DNA from: Octopus vulgaris
Lineage: Eukaryota
DNA: 64,000 bases
Assembly: GCA_951406725.2 (NCBI GenBank)
Contig: OX597826.1
Location: forward strand, 66,092,001-66,156,000
Reading direction: 5' to 3'
Shown in pieces: positions 1 to 12,689 of the stretch. The notes below the pieces were generated by a model. That model did no database searches, was not told the origin of the DNA, and saw only the letters and a program-made list of their open reading frames with translations. The position numbers were made by a program, and so were the translations under genes. The number at the start of each line of letters is the position of its first letter. The first letter of the stretch is position 1.

Positions 1-235
1 TGTATGTATGTATGTATTTGTGTGTCTGTGTTTGTCGCCCCACCATCGCTTGGCAACCGATGTTGGTGTGTTTACGTCCCCGTAACTTAGCAGTTCAGCA
101 AAAGACACCAATAGAAAGAATATAGTACTAGGCTTACAAAGAATAAATCCTGGGGTCGATTTGTTCCACTAAAGGCGATGCTCCAGCATGGCCGCAGTCA
201 GATGACTGCAACAACTAAGAGAGTAAAAGAGATAA
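1..235 (+). mobile_element. tRNA-derived SINE family A, 3' part
   Basis: Matches the 3' half of the full copy at 19195-19595 (GTTTACGTCCCCGTAACTTAGC...GCTCCAGCATGGCCGCAGTCA). Confidence 0.85.
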
Positions 236-683
236 AATAAATAAAATAATCTTTTTTTAATAAGCCTGTCCAAGACCAGAATGCATTCATTCATTCATTC
301 CTTTATTTACTTATCTTCGTAGATCTCACGTGTATGTAGGCCATGCTGAATAAAATATCCACTGACTGTTCTGCACATATGTATATACATGCAACTGCGG
401 GTATGTGTGTGTGTGTGCGTGCTCATGTTTCTGTGAGATTTATTTTAAGTTGTTGATTTTGTCTTTTTTTTTTTTTTTTTTTGGCAGAATTCAAACCGGT
501 CACTAAAGTAGCAAGACTCCTTTGCTTCAATCGAGACAGCTCTTTTGTTTATGGTTACCTGAATTGGCTTTTCTATGGATAATATATGTACCTGTGGATA
601 AACTTGCATTCGTGGGCGTGCATGTCACAGTAAACGCGGGTATGCATGTTTCATTACTGTTTAGGTGTATGTGTATGTGTCTA

Positions 684-1205
684 CCGTAAATCTTCGAGTA
701 TAGTCCGCCCTTGAGTATAATACGCAGGGGATTTTTAGGGGGCTGTATTTCTGAAAAACCTACACCTTGTGTATAATACGCACCCCTTCTCTAACTTGAG
801 TCGTACGTAATTAAGCCAGCAGCACCCAGTCGAACAAACACTTCCGCGCATTCGTAATACAATAATGGTGATGTTCTTAACTGTTATATGGGAATGTAAA
901 TATGTTTGCAAATTGTTTTTGTTACATGTTATTCTGTGTTCTGAATACTTTTATTTTAATAAATGTTGCTTGCTGCAAGTTATGGCTGATTCTTTTATGA
1001 ATTAATTGCTTTCAAGCTTAGCTTAAGGTATTTTCGCGCCCGACATCACAAAATGTGTCTGAATAAACATTGCCGGACAGCAAATAGAGACTCGGACATT
1101 GCTTAGAAAATATTTTTCATTTTTAACCTCGTATATAGTACACACTAGGGATTTTGACCTTTAAATTTTAGGAAAAAAGTGCTGATTATACGCGAGAATT
1201 TACGG
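684..1205. mobile_element. Non-autonomous Tc1/mariner-superfamily DNA element (MITE)
   Basis: TIRs CCGTAAATCTTCGAGTATA / TATACGCGAGAATTTACGG; TA at left flank, CA at right. Confidence 0.75.
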
Positions 1206-1224
1206 CACTCTAATTCTATGATTG

Positions 1225-2020
1225 TTAGCACCCAGGAGCCCCAAATGGAGAAGCTCTGAAATGTTTTACAATTTTCCCCGTCCTTCTGATAAATTTGTAT
1301 CTGGAGAGTGCGAATCCGTCTGCTCCTTTGGTTTTTGGAGAACCAAGCATTTCTAGGTTTCTATGTAGATCCGTTGTTACGTATCCCAGTATACCTATGA
1401 TAATAGGAACAAATGTGGAGGCGCGTGGCTTAGTGGTTACGGTGTCAGCATCATGATCGTAAGATTGTGGTTTCGATTTCTGGACCGGGCGACGCGTTGT
1501 GTTCTTGAGCAAAACACTTCATTTCACGTTGCTCCAGTCCACTCAGCTGGCAAAAATGAGTAACGCTGCGCTGGACTGGCGTCCCGTCCAGCTAGGGAAC
1601 ACATACGCCATAGATATCGGGAAACCGAGCCCATGAGCCTGGCTAGGCTTTAAAAAGGGCGCATTTATTTTATTTTAATAAGAACAAATGAAAATATATA
1701 GTCCGGTTATAAGAGCTATACGCTTCACATCAGCTCTCCATAGACGTAGTTTTTTTCTCCAATTTTTGAAAAGACTAACATCCGCTGAGTAACTCGTCTC
1801 TACAACGATGTATGACTTCTGCTCCCTGTCCATCACAACCATATTTGGCCTGTTGTGCTTACACAATGCTGCTCTTTTTATTTGAATGTTCCGCTAGTAT
1901 TCTTTAGTTTTAAGATGTGGATTTTTGGTTCTGATGTGCCTTTAGTTTGGGCCGTCAGGACACTCGTTCTTGCGTATAGCATTGTAAACCATCTTAGAGA
2001 CAATGTAGTGTCATAGGGAA
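1225..2020 (-). mobile_element. R4/Dong-like RLE non-LTR retrotransposon C-terminal relic, split by a SINE
   Basis: HNRPNMVVMDREQKSYIVVETS (PD..E REL-like motif) and FVPIIIGILGYV..L...LEMLG. Confidence 0.7.
1416..1675 (+). mobile_element. tRNA-derived SINE family C
   Basis: A box TGGCTTAGTGG, B-box-like GTTTCGATTT, conserved CTGCG.TGGACTGGCGTCCCGTCCAG block; related copies at 12318-12420, 20068-20375(-), 24475-24800, 26125-26420, 48735-49065(-) and 57715-57875(-). Confidence 0.8.
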
Positions 2021-2023
2021 GTA

Positions 2024-2181
2024 CCGTAAATCCTCGAGTATAATCCGCATTTTTCCCCAAAAAATTTAAAGGTCAAAATCCTTAGTGCGTACTATATACG
2101 AGGTTAAAAATGAAAAATATTTTCTAAGCAATGTCCGAGTCTCTATTTGCTATCCGGCTATGTTTATTCAGACGCATTTTG
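2024..2181 (-). mobile_element. Truncated inverted copy of the right end of MITE 684-1205
   Basis: Reverse complement of ~1047-1205, with TA at 2022-23. Confidence 0.85.
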
Positions 2182-2677
2182 TTGGTAGTAAAGAAATATA
2201 TGTCGAAGCCAGTGACGTAGCTACCTGCTATTCCATGCACTATTCTGCTTGCCAGACTTGGTTTTACCTTGGTTTTGGTATACCAACATGATTTTAGAGA
2301 CTGTATTTCTGGAAACATTAAACAATTCAGCAGTTGTAGTAACTGGGGCACCAGCTAGCCGCACTCCAAGAATTTATCCTTTTTGGAAATCAGATAAGTC
2401 ACGCATTTTATTTTATTTAGAATTGCAAGAGAAAGAAAACATTAAACATTTTCAAAGACCTTCTTGAAATTCAAAGGGTGAATAGTTACACAAACGGTAA
2501 AGGAAAGAACAAGAACTCCTAACACTTTTTACCCTTAATGTTCTTGCGTTACAACTTTAAGCAACAAAAATAAACTCTAAAATACATACATGCATACGTA
2601 CGTACGTACATACATACGTACGTTCGTACATACATATGTGTATTTATATATATATTTTTTTCTTTTATGTAAAGAAA

Positions 2678-2727
<50 letters not shown>

Positions 2728-3604
2728 GTATATACATATATATGTATACATGTATATATATATGTATGCGTATGGGAGTGCTTCTGTGAATGTGAACATC
2801 TTTCAGTATGTGCGTGCATATATATATACCATCTGTATCTTCGACTGCGTTAGTTGTTGTATACGCATTTCATCTTGATTTTGGATGTGTGTATATGTGT
2901 GAGATTTGCCCGGGTATGCATGTGTGTGTGTATGTATGTGTGTGTGTGCGTGCGTGTGTGTACGTTTGAAAATATATGTGTTTCGTCACAGTTTTCGACA
3001 TGTCGAAGCGACTCCAAACAACGATTTTGATGTTGACGGGTCACAGAAGGTTTCAAACGTTTGGCCGAGAACGATACACAAGTGGATTTGTTCCTAAGAA
3101 AGCCGTCTCTTTGAAAATAACATTATCTACGGAAAAACATAACTGGGTTCTTCTAAAATGTATAAATAGATAATAAAAACATATCCAAAGACACAAAAAT
3201 AGGCGCGATATATGTCAAACAGTGGATTGTAACTCAAAGAAAATATACATAAAAATACACAGAGTATGTTTTATAGGCGCTTAAATAGATACAAACTTAT
3301 TTAGAGAAACGGAAGAAAATGTATAAACATATAAATAGAATTACATCCGTTTTTAAGAGATTTTGTGTGTGTGTGTGTGCACGAGTGATGGTACGAAAGA
3401 GAGAGGGAGAGAGAAGAAAAGAAAGAAAGGACTTATTAATGATCGTTTTAGTGACTTCGTTTATGTGTGTAAGTATATATGTCAGAGACAAATTCCAGAA
3501 TGAAACAAATCTGACGAGCGTAGGCCTGTGAGATTTACACGAAACTTTTGTTATAATCAGTCTTTTCATATACGTATGTGCGTTATATATATACATACAT
3601 ATAT

Positions 3605-3649
<45 letters not shown>

Positions 3650-3655
3650 TATATA

Positions 3656-4040
3656 ATCGCAGACCTGGCTGTGTGGTAAGAAGCTTATTTCCCAACCACG
3701 TCGTTCTGGGTTCAATCCTACAACGTTGTACCTTGGGAAAATGTTTTCTACTATAGTCTTCGGCTGACCAAAGCTTTGTGAGTGGATTTGGCAGACGGAA
3801 AGTGAAAGAACCCCGTCGTATGTGTGTGTGTGTATTGATGTGTCTGTATTTGTCCTCCATCAACGCTTGACAACCGGTGTTGGTATGTTTACGTCCCCGT
3901 AACTTAGCAATGCTGCAAAATGGACCGATACTAGACTTTAAAAACAAGTCCTGGAGTCGATTTGTTCGATTAAAATCCTTCAAGGCGGTGCTCCAGCATG
4001 GCCTCAGTCAAATGACTGAAACAAATAAAAGAACAAGAAT
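3656..4040 (+). mobile_element. SINE family A, full length
   Basis: tRNA-like head TGGCTGTGTGG...GGTTCAATCC, CCTTGGG block, internal (TG)n, shared 3' end. Confidence 0.85.
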
Positions 4041-4955
4041 TAAAGGCACGCGAAGCAGCGACGATTAAAATAAAAGTGAGTATATTGGCCGCAGTCTAAT
4101 GACTGAAACAAATAAAAAAATACATATATATTTATTCACACACACATGCTTAATCCTTATTACTGGCCTATCTCAGTGCACTCCAGCTGATAGCTGAAAC
4201 CAGATTATATAATTCGACTTGTAGAACTCGTTGGGGAGCTCAACCACAAGAGTAAACAAGAGAGACAGAGACAGGCAGAAACAAGAAAAATGCCCCTTGT
4301 ATTTGAATACTAACCAAATATTCTTTTAAAATAATTTTCATTTAACTTTTCCAAAATTTATTTTGTTTTCCATTCATACAGTTGAAAAAGTCTCAAATGA
4401 CCGAAACCGGTACAGAAATGTTTTCATAAAATTATTTTAGCATTTTTAACCTCGACTGTTTTCCCATGTATATATATACATACTCAGTGATTTTTTGACC
4501 GGTGTTAATATATGTTTATGAGTTATTTTTATATGATTTTGCCTCATCTTTATAAACAGTTTACCCAAGTATCTATTTTATCTCCTCATTCATATGATAC
4601 TCATATTCACTGTAATTTACTATTCAACCTCAATTCATTAACCCATTATTACCCTAATTATATTCGCATATTATACATTACCCACTAAAACAACCTATAA
4701 CCCCCTAATCCGGACATATACCAATATTCTTTTCTACTCTAGGCACAAGGCACGAAATTTTTGGAGAAGGGAACCAGCCGATTAGATCGACCATAGTACG
4801 CAATTGGTACTTAATTTATCGACCCCGAAAGGATGAAAGGTAAAGTCGACCTCGATGAAGGACATATACCATTATTAGCCATAAAATAATACTCAGTCTG
4901 CTGTGATGATTCTAAAATAAACACTTTAAAACCTAATGGAATATCTTTTTTCTAC

Positions 4956-5038
4956 CCCTCTGAAGAGAATTTGCGTAATATAATGATATTATTAATTACT
5001 ATTTAATTTATTAGGCTTAATTGAAACAGCTGTAAGGG
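4956..5038 (+). ncRNA. Minimal type-I hammerhead ribozyme motif, slightly degenerate
   Basis: Stem I CCCT/AGGG; core CTGAAGA 4960-66; long AT-rich stem II; GAAAC-AGCT-GTA (5023-34). The stem II closing pair is imperfect. Confidence 0.65.
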
Positions 5039-5123
5039 ACTATGTCTGATTTTTGCAGATATAGATTTTTTATTAAATGTTATATCTCCATTTTCTTACT
5101 TTCTTTTGAATGATTATAAACCA

Positions 5124-5186
<63 letters not shown>

Positions 5187-5474
5187 TACCAATAGGTATT
5201 TTTAAATGGAAATAGGCGGCCTCTAATTGACGTACGTAAAAAAGTCGGGGAAAAAAAAGATTGTCACTAAATAAAATAAAGTTTACCTAACCCTGGTATC
5301 ATGTGTACATATTTTAGTAGAAATTGAAACTTGTAGCGCTGTTATATCAGCTATTGTGTTTTCGTTGTAGCTTTTTCCAATAACAAAAGATTGTCTGCAT
5401 ATTCATACGGTGTCAAAATGGTGTGTGTATGAATGCAACACACAAAGTCACAGACTAACACACACACACACACA

Positions 5475-5515
<41 letters not shown>

Positions 5516-5689
5516 ACACACACAAGTACTTTTTGTTGAATGATTTTTTTGTTATTCTTTTTTTTGTATATACAGTGTATTATATTCTCTTGTTTTTTTC
5601 TCTCGTTTTTCTCTCGAGTGTTTTATATTTGAGACCCGACGATAAGGTTACTCAATCATTGCTCATAAAGACAAGTAATACACACACAT

Positions 5690-5736
<47 letters not shown>

Positions 5737-6064
5737 CACGCACACGCACGCGCGCGCGCACACACACACACATACACACATACATACATACATACATACA
5801 TACATACATACATACATACATACATACATACATACATACGTACATACATACATACATGGCATAGTACGGACGTTCTTGATAGGATCTGCCAAACCGGAGG
5901 ACTGCATCGAGCTCCACTGTCGGTTTGGCGTGGCTTCTATGACTGGTTGCCCCACCAATGCCAGTCAATTTACAGAGTGAACCGGCTGCTTTCTTTCGTG
6001 GCATCAGCACTGGTTAGGTCATCAAGTAATTCGCCAGGCAAAACACCTCGATTAAGTTGGGGTG

Positions 6065-6719
6065 TAAACAACGGCAGAGGTCCGGATCAACTTCCAACTG
6101 TTCTTTCAGTTCATGACACGCATTCATTCGTGACTGCTTTTGATCTTCCGTGATTAAACGAGACACTAATTTTTCTGCAACTCTTTTCATTCGCAATTCC
6201 TCGCTCAAAATTCCTTGGCAGGAGATCCAGGACACATCAGTCATACAAACAAGTTTGTCAATTGTTCGGTGATGGTCTTCCAAGATCTGTTCGTGAATTT
6301 TTAGGATGTTTTCATTCGTTCTGGAGGTTGACGGTCGCCCTGAACGATGTTGATCCTCAAGCGACAAGTGATCAGTCCTAAAGCGTGAAAATCATTCATA
6401 AACTTGATTTTTCTCATGGCAGCGGCTTTGTAAGCTGTTTGAAGTATGATAATTGCTTTGGCCGCCGTTTTCTCCAGCAGAAAACAGAATTTCACAGAAG
6501 CACGCTGTTACTTCGTTTCAGCCATCGCAAAACTCGACGAACTGGGGAGAAGCACTGCAAAGCAAAGACGCACCACTTGGCAGTATTACCAAACGGGACA
6601 ACGCCGGTCGGCTGACTGATGCCTAAGGGTCGCATCAAGTGGTTTCTAGCAGCGGGAGTCTGAACTACAACTGGCTTGCCCAACAAAGAACGTTTCCGGT
6701 TACTTGTGGGTACTCCCTC

Positions 6720-6720
<1 letters not shown>
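6065..6720 (-). mobile_element. mariner 5' fragment (TIR plus degenerate transposase N-terminus)
   Basis: TIR TACGAGGGAGTACCCACAAGTAACCGG at the right end; KFCFLLEKTA..., LEDQHRSGRPSTS...ILSEELRMKRVAEKLVSRLITEDQK HTH region, frameshifted. Confidence 0.85.
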
Positions 6721-6812
<92 letters not shown>

Positions 6813-6932
6813 CCGAAATTACTACGATGATCCGGTTCTTGACTGAAGACTGAGGGTTTCGAATGTCCTGTCCGTGTTTATTGTATCGTCTTCTAAGAGT
6901 TATACGTTCTTGTCCATGTTGTATTTTTCTAC

Positions 6933-7001
<69 letters not shown>

Positions 7002-7003
7002 TC

Positions 7004-7036
<33 letters not shown>

Positions 7037-7327
7037 ATGTATGCATGTATATGTTTGTGTGTGTGTGTGTGTGTGTGTATGTGTGTGTATAACAAGCTAA
7101 AGTAGCTGGTTTTAGAATTTCTGAGAGAGATTTAAGCAGTAATGATACTAAACAGTAATGTTTGTTGCCACCTTCTGCATGGCTGTTCCATGCTTCCATG
7201 CAGAACCATGTTACTACATTTTAACCTCTGTGTCGTTAACCAGCTGGAAAAGATGTTTTCCTAGAGTTAAAATGAAGTAACATGGTTCTGCATGGAACAG
7301 CCACGCAGAAGTGGCAAGAAACATTAC

Positions 7328-7404
<77 letters not shown>

Positions 7405-7449
7405 CATATAAGAAAATGGAAAAACAAATTTAGTTTGTTCATCAACTTT

Positions 7450-8330
7450 CGGATATTATAATGTTGGATTATTTATTCATTTAACAAAATGAGAACCTCA
7501 ATAGCATACATATATATCTTATAATTCAATATAGCTCATCTCCCATAGAATTTAAATGTTTTATCTAAGCAGAAGATAATTCTCTCGGAGTTGTTTTTCT
7601 TCAGGTTTGTGTTCTTGATGAAGCGCATTTCTATATTTTCTGTTGTACAAGGCGTACATTGGTTATCATTGCCAAGATATGAATATGTCTTTGCTAATGT
7701 GTTCCATGTCAGGTTATGTGGGATGTTCCTAATTATCGAATCTGAGATGTAGTTTGACGATGCAATATCGCTTCTTGTAACTGGGCTCCAGAACATATGC
7801 TTGTGATGATAAAAGTCTATCTTAAATATATTAAATGTTAGTCTTACAGCTCTGCGATGCACGAAGGCATCTTTCGCGGTTTAGATAGTGGCTTTACATG
7901 AACTGATCGCTAGTTAACACCTTCAGGTGAGTTTCTCTAAGTATCGCAGACTTGGTTTTTTTTTTTTTTTTTGCTAGAACAGCTGAAGTTCTTGGGGTAT
8001 ATGTTTTTGTTGAATGGCGTGGGGTGGGGTTGGGCGTAGGGTGTTCCTAAAAGGAATAATTTCATCCACCCACTTAATTGTCTCTGTTTGTTCACAAGTG
8101 AAACACATATGTGGTCACAGAGAGTTAGGATAAACCTTGGCTGTGCTCCGACCAATCGGCTGATTAGAAGTGTCACGGAGTTCGGGAGAGGGGGTTCGCT
8201 GTGTGGCTTGCAGATATGTGTTGAGTAGTTGCGATGAGCCAGTGGATAGCTCGATAATTGCATTAATAATTACAATTTGGCGATTGGTTATTTTTTTGAG
8301 ATGTGAAAGCAATAAAAGGTGTTTGATGTA
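7450..8330 (-). mobile_element. Penelope-like element C-terminal/GIY-YIG relic
   Basis: Degenerate peptides FKIDFYHHKHMF...SNYI...IPHNLTWNTL..TYSY....CTPCTTE resemble the PLE endonuclease C-terminus; flanked by (TA)n. Confidence 0.5.
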
Positions 8331-9332
8331 GATCTAATTTGCGTGTAGAGGATGAAAGTTGATGAAGAGAACTGAGGATTGCAAAAAAAAATTCAGTTTC
8401 TGAACAGATGGTGTCTGTGTAGGTTGGATGAAAAAAAACAAAGAGAAATTGTTGTGAACGCTGAAGTCAGAAAAAACGATGAGTTCAGAAAATCGGGGTG
8501 ATGTTATATATATATATATATATAGATTCATATATATATATATATATATGTCCTCAGTGCAAAAGTAGTAAAAGGAGTAGATATGTGTGGGGGAAAGAGG
8601 CGAGAGAAAATTTGAGCGAGATTACCTGAAAGTCATTATTACTGAAATCCAGGCTTGAGAGGTGCGTGATAGGAAGAGTGGGGTCTAAATGATCCCACAC
8701 GCAACCTTTCACGGTGAAATTTGAAGCTAACGATTTATTTCACACAACATATATTTCGGGCGTAATGTAAACGGAGAACATAAGAAACAAAAGACATTGT
8801 TTTCACTGTTGTTTTTGCACTTTAACTTTATTTTTTTTTTTTGTTCGCTTTTTGATTTTTCCTTTCCATCATCACTGAAAATAAACTAAGAAGGCCCGAG
8901 TTCCTTTAGAAAATTTCAAAGTGGTTTGTTTCATACAGTGGGATAGTATCCAACAGTGAAAAGATATCGCGAAGACAATAAGCTTGACCTTAAGGCATTG
9001 TTGTTGATGTTGTTAATATTGCAAGCTACCTCAGGCTTCTCGATTCTCTTCAGACCTGCATTCTTGACAAAGTAGTCTACCTGCATCCAAATATTATTGT
9101 CTTACGTCAATCCATGGCTCAAGATTAGTGCAAGAATATCAGACAACTTGCTGAAGTAAGAGATGACCAAGAAAAATAGATTATCAGAGTTGAGGGGAAA
9201 GGAAAGTATTGCGAAGGACATAGATAATATCAAGCCTGGAATAAAATAACCAACAATGGCAAGGACAGAATTTGAAAGAAGCTTTGGGCAGAAGCATGTA
9301 AGACTTCCTGGAATTTGATAGAGAAATAATAC

Positions 9333-9560
9333 CTATTTCTTTACTACTCACAAGGGGCTAAACACAGAGAGGACAAACAGACAGACAAACGGATTAAGTC
9401 GATTATATTGACCCCAGTGCGTAACTGGTACCTATTTAATCGACCCCGAAAGGATGAAAAGCAAAGTTGACCTCGGCGGAATTTGAACTCAGAACGTAGC
9501 GGCAGACGAAATACCGCTAAGCATTTCGCCCGGCGTGCTGTTTCTGCCAAGCTCGCTGGC
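9333..9560 (-). mobile_element. tRNA-derived SINE family B
   Basis: Reverse complement of GGCGAGCTGGCAGAAAC...GAGTTCAAATTCCGCCGAGGTCGACTTTGC...; other copies at 4730-4856, 14751-14966, 15100-15284, 15313-15520(+), 25920-26120, 28751-28952, 30351-30544, 31072-31165(+), 32955-33085, 42160-42560, 43190-43540, 46220-46520. Confidence 0.85.
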
Positions 9561-9689
9561 ATCGATAAGCTGGTCAACGAAGAGGGAATGCAAAACGCCT
9601 ATGCGAGAGATTTTGGAGGAATTAATATAGTATCATGGTGAGAGTTTATCTTCTGCAGAGCTACAGGAGTTGGTAGAGTATCGCATCTG

Positions 9690-10625
9690 GATATCGATTT
9701 GTTGAGGGAGTAACTTCAGAAAAAAGTCGTACTACTGACTTCATCTCTGGAGAGTTTCCAACTGATCCACCTACGTGACTTATCATCACTCAAATTAGAG
9801 ATAAGTTTGAAGTGGATGGAAGTGTTCGGAATGTCCTCAAGAAACTTTCTCGAAAACAAAAGTACTAAAAACAAATTGCCAGGACTCAAGAAAATATGTA
9901 CGGCAGGCGAATCGTGAGATAGGTATTTCAGAAGGAAGCGTCCGTGCTTTGAATGAAGATGAACCGGATTGAAAAGTAGAGTTTTGCGAGTGGCGCTTGG
10001 TAAGACGTGTAGAAGATGCACATTTTCCAACAAAGATTATTTGGAGTGATGAGGCTACATTTGAATTAAATGGTGTAATTAACCGCCACACTTACACCTA
10101 CTGAGAACCTGAGGATCTGTATATTAAGGAGGAACATCATGTTAAATCGCAAGGAATTACTGTATGGTATGGCTTATCATCAAAACGGTTAATGGGGCTG
10201 ATCTTTTTTGACGGTGCTGTGACTAGTCGACAATCTGTTATGCCAAGCATCCATGAAGACTTTGAAGATGTGGAGCTTTTTTCCCAGGAAGATAGGACTG
10301 CTCTACACTACCATTATTATATAAGGGCCTCCTATCTTAATGAGATTTTTGCCAAACAGGTCAAATTCCAGGAAGTCTTACATGCTTCTGCCCAAAAGAG
10401 GTTCAGTAGCATATATCTTCCGCATTCGCCGGACCTTAGACCACTAGATATTTTTTATGGGGATACTTAAAATATAAAGTTTGCGGTACAAATCCGGTAA
10501 CAGTTGATAAAGTGAGGCCAGCCATTGAACAAGAATGTGTGCAAATATCGAACGAAATATTCCTTGATGTTCGTGATTCTGTTGTTTTGAGTTGTAAGCA
10601 GTGCCTGGGCGAAAACGATTATCAG
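9690..10625 (+). mobile_element. Degenerate Tc1-like transposase
   Basis: [19 protein letters not shown] and PHSPDLRPLDIF motifs with stops and frameshifts. Confidence 0.75.
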
Positions 10626-10634
10626 TTTGAAAAC

Positions 10635-11283
10635 AGAAAGTAAAAGCGGAAAATTGGATTGCACGAAAGATGAGCTCGAACAACAACTGAAAGAGACACA
10701 CAGCGACTCTGACTGAAATAAAGTACTCCCAGAAATGCACGAACTGAAGAAACCACCTGAACCAAGGGTACTATTTGATTTGAGTGACATAAAACGGAAA
10801 GAAATGGATGAGTTCATAAGAAAAGCAAGAGCAAAAAGTCCACCAGGGAATGATGGAATGAGCTACAAGGTATATAAATATTGCCCGAAATTACGTTTGC
10901 AGCTGTTTGCACTGATAAGAGAAATGTGGAAGAAGAAAGATGTAGCGGAGCGATGGTGTATAGCTGAAGGTATCTATCTACCTAAAGAGAAAGATGCAAA
11001 AACACTAGGACAATTTAGATCAATTTCATTGTTAAATACTGACGGGAAAATCATGTTTGGAATTATTGCTAGACGAATCATAAGATTCGTACGGCATAAC
11101 GTGTACGTTAATGAAGCAATCCAAAAAGCAGGAATCCCCGGAATCCCTGGGTGCATAGAACACACATTTGCCATCTGGGAAGCCATCACCTATGCAAAAC
11201 AACTGAAGAAAAACCTGTACATTGTTTGGCTAGATCTTGCCAATGCTTATGGATCTGTTCCGCACGCACTAATCAAAAATCTC
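10635..11283 (+). mobile_element. Hero-like RLE non-LTR reverse transcriptase fragment
   Basis: SPPGNDG, YLPKE....QFRSISLLN.DGKI, QKAGIPGIPGCIEH and WLDLANAYGSVPH RT motifs. Confidence 0.85.
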
Positions 11284-11520
11284 AGGCACTGTCCCTGTTG
11301 ACTACATTGTACACCAAATGTATATTTCGCCTTTCTACTTCCTCCTTTCTCACTTCGTGTACCACTGCCTCTTTCATCTCTTTTATACTGCTTTTGCAAA
11401 ATGGCCTGAAATTATGCGACCCTAGACCGGCTCTTGCTTCTTGCGTCGCTCCGACTATATCAGCGTGCCTTAGTTTTCCGATCGCCCTGTTTACTGCCTC
11501 TTCCTCGTTGACGCTACATC
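11284..11520 (-). mobile_element. Hero-like post-RT region fragment, inverted
   Basis: LRHADIVGATQEARAGLG...EVRKEEVERR resembles the region C-terminal to RT in Hero-type elements. Confidence 0.6.
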
Positions 11521-11813
11521 GAAGAGGCCAGGGAACAGAAGAAAGAAGAAGAAAGAAGACATGCACTCAACACCAGAGCTGAAGACACCTCCGAAGGGGG
11601 GGGGGGGCACGTCAAAACGGTAGAGCAGTAGGGGCCGAAACCGGTCGTGGTTCCTCCTGATGATGTCTTGAGCTAACTGGATCCTATAAAGGAGCTGTTG
11701 TGGTAGCAGACCACGAAAAATGTTTGAAATTCCGTCCTTTAAATTTTGTCAGTAAATTCTACCAAATTTTGAAAATGAAATGTATTTTAATAAACAGTGG
11801 CTTTCTAATCATT

Positions 11814-11886
<73 letters not shown>

Positions 11887-12689
11887 TGTGTGTGTAAGTA
11901 CAGCAGAATTAAAGTATGAGCAAGGCAAACAAATGGTATCGGTTCAGATTATGCCCTTTATATATTTCAACTGAACAGAGACTATCTGCGCACCCTCTCA
12001 CTTCGTTTTATTTCTTATGATCTGCTCTATTATAACAACTCAAGCAATTATGTTTAAGTATAAAAAGGCTATAACCTAAACCGATACCAGTTGTTTGCCT
12101 GTCCAAACATTCTTTCTACAATACACGTACCTGCCCAATGGTAAACCGCCTATAGCCATTCATTGCTAGGCAGTTATAACATTGGTGCCTTTTGTTTAAG
12201 TCGCAGTTCAAGTCGGAGATTTAGGCGGTGAGTCAAGTTGAGCGCTGATTGTATGTACGTAATACTTACGTCATTCGACGAGATATTATCTGAAATCCCT
12301 CTCTCTCTCTCTCTGTGTGAGGACGCATGGCCTAGCGGTCAGAGTGTTACACCCACGGTTGTGGTTTCACTTCCTAGACCAGCTGGTGCGTTGTGTTCTT
12401 AAGTAAAACACTCCATCTCATACATACATACATACATACACACATACACACATACATACATACATACATACATACATACATACATACATACATACATACA
12501 TACATACATGTTTATATGTATGTATGTATATATGTATGTATTCATGCATGCATGTATGTATGTATGTATGTATGTATGTATGTATGTATGTATGTATGTA
12601 TAGTTGCTAAATCAGAAGGAAATATCAGAGTCAATGGCCTTCGTAGACTCTCCGAAACTGGTGAAATTGATGCCGTTTTTAGTCCCTTA

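Noticed and set aside
11579-11665. Cluster of hammerhead boxes (CTGAAGA, GAAACCGGTC, CTGATGA)
   Set aside because: Could not build consistent stems I and II; at best a decayed relic
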